The notes under the pieces: generated by a model
Database searches by the model: none
Seen by the model: only the letters and a program-made list of their open reading frames with translations
Told to the model about the DNA's origin: nothing
Position numbers and translations under genes: made by a program
From: an uncultured Phycisphaerales bacterium
GTDB taxonomy: Bacteria; Planctomycetota; Phycisphaerae; Sedimentisphaerales; Anaerobacaceae
Assembly (NCBI GenBank): GCA_963772725.1
Contig: CAVYYI010000003.1
Span: 810,823 to 874,822 of the forward strand
Direction of reading: 5' to 3'
DNA length: 64,000 bases
Part shown: positions 56,340 through 64,000 of the stretch, in pieces
Layout of the letters: each line of letters starts with the position of its first letter
How positions within the stretch are numbered: the stretch's first letter is position 1

Positions 56340-59106
56340 ATGAAAGAGAGTAATTGCTGGATCCGAACCCTCACACTCCTCACCGCCCTGCTGCTCGTGC
56401 GGCTAGCCGCGCCTACGGTGGACGCCGCATCGCTCGAGGCCGATTTCCACAATCCGCCTGTCACGGCACTGCCCTACGTCTGGTGGCATTGGATGGGGCC
56501 AAACTTCTCAAAGGACGGCATCACCAAAGACCTCGAAGCGATGAAGGCGTCCGGCATCGGCGGGGCGACGATCTTCAATCTTACGTCCTCTGTGGAGGAA
56601 ACCCACGCGCCGACCGAGAACAATCCGTGGCCGGACCAGACCTATCGAAGTCCGAAGTATTGGGAGGCGATCCGGCACGCGGCGGCGGAGGCCGACCGGC
56701 TCGGGTTGGAGATCGGGTTGCACAACACGCCCGGCTGGTCGACGACGGGTGGGCCGTGGATTGACGAAGAACGCAGTATGCAACGGCTTGCGTGGAGCAG
56801 CATCGAGGTGGCCGGCGGCGCAAACGTTGTGCTGAAGTTGCCGGTGCCGGAATTTAAAGCGGAAGGCCGAGGCAAGCCTGGCCGACCAGTTTCGTCCTTC
56901 AAGGACATCGCGGTGTTGGCCGTGCCGGCAGGGGAGAATGAAATCGCTTTCAAGGAGGTGGTCGATCTGACCGGTAAGACGGCGTGGGATGCACCTGCCG
57001 GCAAGTGGACGGTTTACCGGCTCGCGCACGCCTCGACGAAACGGGGGCCGAAACCGGTGCCCGACGATCTGATCGGCAAGTTGCTCGAAGCCGACAAGAT
57101 GAGCCTCGAACAGACCCGTTATCATTGGGAAACGGTTATCAATCCGATCAGGGAACATCTCGGTCCGTTGTTGGGGAAAAGCTTCCGGCATTTCCTCATT
57201 GATAGCTACGAAGCCGGTGACCAGAACTGGACGCCACGTTTCCGCGAAGAATTTCAGAAACGCAAGGGCTACGACCCCCTGCCGTGGCTGGTGGCGTTGC
57301 GCGGCCACGTGGTCGGCAGCGCGGAGCAGACGGCGCGATTCAAGTGGGATTACCGCGATGTCATTTCGGCACTGTTCTACGAGAACGGCTGGAAACCGGC
57401 CGCGAAGATGGTGCACGCGGCCGGCTGCACGTTACAGTTCGAGCCGTATAACGGGCCATTCGACAAGATTGAGGGCGCGGCGCTCGCGGACTTGCCGATG
57501 GGCGAGTTCTGGACCAAGAGCAAAGGCAACATCAGCGTCGCGATCATCGCCGCCGGGCGCGCCGCGGGCCGGCGCGTGATCGGCGCGGAAGCGTTTACCG
57601 GCCGCCCGGAAGTCAGTCACTGGACCGAGACACCGGCATTCTTGAAACTTTCCGCCGATGGCGCGTTCGGCATCGGCGTGAACCGGCTGGTACTGCATCA
57701 CTGGGTGCATCAACCGTTCGACGACCGTTACAAGCCTGGTATGGGCATGGGTTGGTGGGGTACGCATTTCGGTCGCAACCAGACGTGGGCGGAACTCGGC
57801 AAAGAGTTCTACCGTTATCTCGGCCGCTGTCAGGCGATGCTCCAACGCGGCGAGACGCCGGCCGATTACGTCAGCGTCGGCGCGCCGACCGGCACGGGCG
57901 ACGTCATCCCGCCGCGTACGTTCCTCAATGATGTGCGACGTTGAGTCCGGCAAAATCGTATTGCCTAGCGGACGACGCTACGCGTTCATCCATGTCCCGC
58001 ACGACGGTGGACTGCAGCCGGAGATGGTCCGTCAAATCGAGACACTGCTCAACGCCGGTGCGGCCGTTGTGGCGGGCAAGCCGAGCCGGTCGCCAAGCCT
58101 TGCCGGTTATCCTGCGTGCGATGAGGAGGTGAGGAAACTCGCCGATGAACTCTGGGACAAACCGGCCGGCAAGCTCTACCCCGACATTGCCGCCGCGATC
58201 AAAGCCTGCGGCATCACACCCGTCGCAAAAATCGAATCGAAGAAGTCCGGCGACATCCGCATCCAATGTCGGCAGGACGCGGAGGCGAAGTGGTTTTTTA
58301 TCGCCAATCTCGACAAGCAACCGGCGCAATTCACCGTGTCATTGCGTGCAAGCGGCCGGCACCCGGAGCTTTGGGATGCCGAGACCGGCACGATCGAGTT
58401 GGCTGAGTCGTGGCGCGAGAAAGACGGACGTACGGAAGTAGATTTGCGGTTGGGCGCTGAGAAATCGGTGTTCGTTGTCTTTCGACCGAATCCCACGACC
58501 GTGCAGCAGGAGACGTTTGCGTTATTGCCGGCAATTCCGGTTGACGGGCCGTGGATGCTGGAGATTGTCGGCAAGCGGTTGACGCTGGAAAAGCTGGCAT
58601 CGTGGTCCGAGCAGAGCGACGCGGACGTGAAGTATTTCTCCGGCACGGCGACATACCGGACCACGTTCAAGCTGGATGCCGTGCCGCAGCGGATGGATCT
58701 CAACCTCGGGGATGTATGCGACCTCGTTCGCGTGACAGTGAACGGTCGTGACTGCGGCGTGTGGTGGCATCCGCCGTTCACACGCGACATCACCGCCTCG
58801 TTGAAACCCGGCGAGAACACGCTCAAGCTGGCGGTGTGCAACACGTGGCACAACCGTCTGGTCGGCGACGAACAGTTCCCAGCGGATTTCGAGTTCAGCA
58901 CGGACCGGGGCGTGGACAAAGGCAGGGCGCTGAAAGCGTACCCGGATTGGTTCATCAAGAATCTGCCGCGACCGGAACTGGGCCGGAAATGTTTTACGAT
59001 TTGGTATTACCACCGCAAGGACACGCCGTTGATTCCGGCAGGTCTGCTCGGCCCGGTCACGCTCGTGCCGAAGACGGAGGCACCGTCACAAAAAAAGGAT
59101 AAATAA
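56340..59106 (+). CDS. GH106 alpha-L-rhamnosidase-like glycoside hydrolase (frameshift ~57940)
   Basis: PYVWWHWM, ITKDLEAM...GIGG, IDSYEAG, PMGEFW, AEAFT; C-terminal YFSGTATY, AGLLGPV. Confidence 0.85.
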
Positions 59107-59171
59107 CGAAAAAGACAGGTCTCCTAAAAACAATTACTTATAAACTATAACTCATCAACTAGGGAAAACGT

Positions 59172-60817
59172 ATGAACTCACTCCATATCAAAACCTGTGT
59201 CCTATCAGTAACTGCCGCATTTTGCATGTTCCTTCCCGCTTCATTCGCGGCGGACGAGGCATCCGGCGAGAAGATGCTGGAAGGCCAGTTCAAGCCAAGC
59301 TGGGAATCACTGCAACAGTACAAGTGCCCGGACTGGTTCCGTGATGCGAAGTTCGGCATATGGGCTGCACTGGACGGCTCAGAGCGTTCCTGAGCAGGGC
59401 GACTGGTATGCAAGGCGCATGTACTTCCAGGGCAATGGGTATTATAAATACCATGTCGAACACTACGGACATCCATCAAAGTTCGGATTCAAGGACATCG
59501 ACAATATCTGGCACGCGGAGAACTGGGATCCCGAGAAGCTGATGGAACTCTACAAACGCGCAGGGGCAAAGTATTTCGTCGCTCTCGCCAACCACCACGA
59601 CAACTTCGATTGTTGGGACTCGAAGTATCAGCCGTGGAACTCGGTGAAGATCGGGCCGAAGAAAGACATCGTGGGATTGTGGGCGCAGGCGGCACGCAAG
59701 AACGGATTGCGCTTCGGAGTAACTGTCCATGCAATGCCCTCGTGGAGCTGGTACGAAGTTGCACAGGGTTCTGACACAAACGGGCCCATGGCGGGGGTCC
59801 CCTATGACGGAAAGCTGACCAAGGCCGACGGCAAGGGACAGTGGTGGGAGGGCCTGGATCCACAGGACCTTTACGCGCAGAACCACAAGCCGGGTGAGAA
59901 ACCCGACAAGGCGTACTGCGACAAATTCTTTAACCGGACGGTGGACCTCATCAACAAGTACAAGCCCGACCTTCTGTATTTCGACTGCGGCGTGATGCCG
60001 CTCGCACCAGCAGCGATGCCGGTTTGAGAATTGCCGCGCACTACTACAATTCCAGCATCCTATGGCACAACGGGACAAACGAAGCCGTGATGAATACCAA
60101 GGCACTGACAGGAGATCGGCGAAAATGCCTCGTCCTGGACATTGAGCGCGGCAAGGCCGAGGGCATGCTGCCCGAGCCGTGGCAGACCGATACCTGCATC
60201 GGCGGCTGGCACTACTTAGCGCGCTATACGAAAAACACGAATACAAAACACCAACAACCGTTATTCATCTCCTTGTGGATATCGTCAGCAAGAACGGCAA
60301 TCTTCTCCTGAATATCCCTGTCAAGGGCAACGGCACGATAGACAGTGATGAAGTCGCCTTGCTCGAGAGCATCGCCAAATGGATGAAACCGAACAGTGAA
60401 GCCATTTTTGGAACGCGCCCATGGAAAGTATTCGGTGAGGGCTTCCAGCAAGCCACGGGCAGCCTCTTAACCTACAATGAACGCAAAACGCAGGTTTACA
60501 CATCCGAGGACATCCGCTTCACGACCAAGGGCGATACCCTCTACGCAATCGCCTTTGTTTGGCCGGAAACCGGCAAACTGACAATCAAGACTCTCGGCAA
60601 GAAGCAGACAGCTATCAAGGGCGATATTTCCGGTATCCAACTGCTCGGTTCGGATGCAAAGTTGGAGTACAGCCGCCAAGACAACGGTCTCGTTGTCACC
60701 CTGCCCTCCCGGAAACCCTGCGAGCACGCCTGGGTCCTGAAGATCAAAGGACTCGACCTTGCCGGGTCGGAACCGAAGAGTGAGCTAATAACTGTCCCTT
60801 CCAAGGATAATAAATGA
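59172..60817 (+). CDS. Alpha-L-fucosidase GH29, paralogue C (3 frameshifts)
   Basis: GH29 motifs; long near-identical blocks shared with paralogue A. Confidence 0.88.
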
Positions 60818-61275
60818 AAAAAACGAAAGGAAGAAAATCCCTTATCATGGTTGCGGTGCTGCTGTCAATACTGACAATGCCCTTGACCGCTGCACAGGAA
60901 AAACTTCATCCGAACCTCCAACTCTGGTATCGCCAGCCTGCGCGAATATGAGAAGAAGCACTGCCGGTGGGCAACGGCCGATTGGGGGCGATGGTTTTGG
61001 GTGGTGTGTCGAAAGAGTGGCTCCAACTCAATGAAGACAGCGTTTGGTCGGGCCACCGTTATTACGCTGAAAAACCGGAAGTTTGTGAAAATCTTCCACG
61101 CGTCCGTGAGCTTCTTTTTGCAGGCAAATACGCCGAGGCGCAGACGTTGGTGGAAAAATACATGACCACCAAGCCCGACCCGCGATATGGCGTTTATCAG
61201 CCGCTTGGTGATTTGAGTTTGGATTTTGGCGGAATTAACAATAAAATTAGTAAAGAATACTTCAGATTATTGTAA
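60814..61275 (+). pseudogene. GH95 alpha-fucosidase N-terminal fragment
   Basis: LWYRQPA, ALPVGNGRLGAMV, LQLNEDSVWSG, YQPLGDL; truncated. Confidence 0.82.
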
Positions 61276-61370
61276 TCCGATGAAAATTTTGATATTATCG
61301 TCGAATTGGAAGGCTTGGTTGCGTAGCCAAGCGTTTAATATGGGAAATGTCAGATTAGAAAGGAAATAAA

Positions 61371-61802
61371 ATGCTAAAGGGTCTTCCGAATATATTGTCG
61401 CCGGAGCTGCTGAAGGTTCTGATAGAGATGGGGCACGGCGACGAACTGGTTAGCGCGGACGGGAATTTTCCGGCGGCGTCTATCGCGCAGAGGCTTATCC
61501 GCTGCGACGCGCTTGATGTTCCGCCGATTCTTGAGGCGATATTGAAACTGTTTCCGCTGGATATTTATGTTGAAAAGCCTGCGGCTTTGATGGCGGTTGT
61601 GCCGGGCGATAAGACCAAGCCGACAATCTGGGAAGAGTATCGGAAGGTCATTAAGAACAGCGGCGAAAAGTTTTCCGATTTTGAATTTGTTGAGAGGTTC
61701 GCCTTTTACGACAGAGCCAAGAAAGCTTACGCAGTAATCGCGACAAGCGAAGCGGCGCTTTATGCCAACATCATTCTCAAAAAGGGCGTGATTAAGTTGT
61801 AA
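61371..61802 (+). CDS. fucU: L-fucose mutarotase
   Basis: LSPELLKVLIEMGHGDE...DGNFP, ERFAFYDRAK, YANIILKKG. Confidence 0.9.
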   Translation: MLKGLPNILSPELLKVLIEMGHGDELVSADGNFPAASIAQRLIRCDALDVPPILEAILKLFPLDIYVEKPAALMAVVPGDKTKPTIWEEYRKVIKNSGEKFSDFEFVERFAFYDRAKKAYAVIATSEAALYANIILKKGVIKL

Positions 61803-61865
61803 AAAATTTTCACGCTTCAAAACAAAACATCCCCAATCAAAAGAACATCAATCGCGCACATTAAA

Positions 61866-62660
61866 TAGTCGTCCCTGAAAAAGTAAATTTCAGTTTCAGA
61901 CGGCATATACAAGCTGGGTAAATTCTGCCGATAGCCGAAATTTTTGAATAAACCGGCAAAGCCAAAAAATAATTTTCCGCAGCAACTTGCGAATATTAAA
62001 CCCGCAATCGCTCAATATCGCATTAACCTTATCGCCTTGGACGCCCTTGAGGTAGTTTCTGTCCAGACCGTTATCAGATTTACAATGTCCTATCACAGGC
62101 TCAATAATACTTCGCCTGCTGTACCACTTTCGGATACTTCTCGGCAGCTTTCGCCAGCCCCTTTTGACGATATGAACCTCCGCAATATCTCCACAGCCAT
62201 GGCCTTTATACCCATCATCAACATAAACATCTTCAAAACCTTTTTTATCCAGCAGTTTCATCGTCTGAGAGAGTGTATCTTTTAACGTATGTCCATCATA
62301 TGGATTCCCCTCAAAAGCAACCGCAGCTACTACAAAGGCGTTTTGAGCGGGAGATGCCAGTGCCACCTTACAGCCAAACTCATACTTCTTGTGTGCCTTG
62401 CCCTTGCTTATGCAGTTAACCTCCGGCGCATGAATACTGTACAGCTTGTTGCTGCTGTCCCGTTTCTGTGATAACAATCTCCTGGACATATTTAGCAATT
62501 CCGAAAACTCATGCTGTAACTTTTGATTCTGTGAAATCTTTCGCTCTATATCCCTTGTAACTCTTCCCAAATAGATCTTTAGTTTCCTTAATTGTCTGTC
62601 TGCCTTCCTGAACCGCCTGGCGTGAGAGAATCTGTGCTGCATAACAAAAGCCCTTTTGGC
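61866..62660 (-). mobile_element. IS5-family remnant (transposase C-terminal part and one end)
   Basis: KLYSIHAPEV.CISKGKAHKKYEFG, NPYDGHTL, RRSIIEPVIGH.K. Confidence 0.85.
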
Positions 62661-62757
62661 TATACCCTTTATGCTGATTTTACCCGAATCTTTTCTCCGA
62701 TAACCAAAAAGCAGTTCCACCATTTCTGTTCTCCCTGTTCCCACCAGGCCAGCAATC
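62661..62757 (-). pseudogene. Sugar ABC ATPase (RbsA-like) fragment
   Basis: IAGLVGTGRTEMVELLFG...DSGKISIKG. Confidence 0.65.
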
Positions 62758-62761
62758 GGAG

Positions 62762-62917
62762 TAATCTCTTCCCAGTTTAGGTCCGCTTATTTCCAAGTAT
62801 CCTATCAAGCTCTTAACAGGCAATTTATGTGTATTTTTTAAAAGAAAGTTTCGTATTTCACTAACGTTTACGATTCCTTTTACTCGTTCAGCTTTGGTAA
62901 AACCGAAAGTGCTGTTA
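62762..62917 (-). repeat. Inverted copy of 63696-63851
   Basis: Near-identical reverse complement of the 3' part of ORF 63318-63863. Confidence 0.88.
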
Positions 62918-62987
62918 ACCGTTAAATAATCATGATTAAGCAGTAAGATATAATCTGTTCATACCTATATGACTGTAGCATAAGCAT

Positions 62988-63176
62988 TTATCTTTCAAAT
63001 AATAACTTACAATCACTTCAGTATAACCAAAAAAAATTTTATGTCAATTTATTATTCTATAAACATGCTAAATACGGTGATAAAAAGCTTTAGAACCTCT
63101 AACATAATGAACAAAAATAGCGTTTTAATATCAAAACAGGCATTTGTAACTTTTTTAATTAGAGGCTCTTAAGGTA
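62988..63176 (+). repeat. ~190-bp direct repeat, copy 2
   Basis: High identity to 39392-39579. Confidence 0.85.
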
Positions 63177-63317
63177 CTTGGCTGTAATCAAAATCGTGAG
63201 CGATATATATTTGTGGTGATTTTGTGCGATTATATGTTGACTGGATATGCTTGAAGCCTCTAAACTGAAAGTGGCTATTAATAGTGATGTGCAATGAACT
63301 TGAAGTAAGAGATTAGT

Positions 63318-63863
63318 ATGTGCGATGAACTTGAATTAAAAGTTGGGATGAAGACTGACCCGATCCTATACCGCTTCAGTTTTGAATGGCTTTTCCAGTT
63401 GAAGGAACTTCTGCATTATGCACACGAAAAACAGATAAGCTTTCTGACAATTGAACCAATGTCGTGTACAGCTGAACCCCCCACATTCCCGGATGAAGTT
63501 AATCTGATTTGTAGGGAACTTACTGATTACCATCGGCACCATCTCCAAATCACCTCGATGGTCGGTTGCTGTGTCGATACTAGCCACGGCTATGCGGATA
63601 GAAAAGAGGTTGTGCGTTGGAGTAACATGCAACTTATTGAAGCGGCATTGCCCTATATTACCGAAATGCATCTTAAAAATACATGCTCGACCTATAACAG
63701 CACTTTCGGTTTTACCAAAGCTGAACGAGTAAAAGGAGTCGTAAACGTTAGTGAAATACGGAACTTTCTTTTAAAAAATACACATAAATTGCCTGTTAAG
63801 AGCTTGATAGGATACTTGGAAATAAGCGGACCTAAACTGGGAAGAGATTATCATTATGAGTGA
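63318..63863 (+). pseudogene. Xylose-isomerase-like TIM barrel protein, apparently deleted and truncated
   Basis: IEPMS, DTSHG, MHLKN metal-binding-type motifs; only 181 aa. Confidence 0.55.
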
Positions 63864-64000
63864 GGTTCAGGACGGCTAAATATAATATTTCAGATATCCA
63901 CCGGGAATGGAGGTGAAAAAAGAAAAGGGTAAAAACTGGAAGAAGATATTGATAATGAATATGCGGCTGGCCTGAGAAAGTAAGTTTTATAAAATATTGA

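Noticed and set aside
54616..57416. Long antisense ORFs (550 aa, 302 aa) and similar shadows elsewhere
   Set aside because: They lie opposite well-supported high-GC genes and have no recognisable motifs
52878..60817. Diversity-generating retroelement explaining GH29 variation
   Set aside because: No reverse transcriptase in the window and the differences are not adenine-specific

Overview
Bacterial chromosome segment, most likely Planctomycetota (Phycisphaerae/Sedimentisphaerales-like). This is inferred from a dockerin-type repeat, a prepilin-type stub, an XylR-type regulator and GH29 arrays. Many conserved genes carry single-base frameshifts, probably long-read indel errors. 1-8.4 kb is mostly core genes (D-Ala-D-Ala ligase-like, panB, DUF362, site-2 protease), with an IS3 and a small remnant beside a tRNA-Phe 3' fragment. 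From tRNA-Val(GAC) at 8295 onward the window is a decayed tandem genomic island, with two further att-like tRNA-Val fragments (8567, 18650) and remnants of two tyrosine recombinases. Cargo: (i) a cyclic beta-1,2-glucan synthase; (ii) a putative ceramide/sphingolipid cluster (FAAL-ACP-SPT-like fusion, bCerS-like GNAT, CerR-like reductase); (iii) a sigma54 activator/FlgM-like/PAS hybrid kinase operon; (iv) a 32-aa lipopeptide gene followed by ABC exporter, radical SAM/SPASM and GT-B-like genes; (v) a mobile backbone remnant (ATPase, PC4-like protein, long hairpin, short recombinase); (vi) a ~23-kb fucose/rhamnose glycan-utilisation locus between ~190-bp direct repeats, with mosaic GH29 paralogues. 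IS3, IS21, IS5, IS256 and IS1182-like elements and two MITE types are interspersed. All family assignments are from motif recognition; no database search was run.
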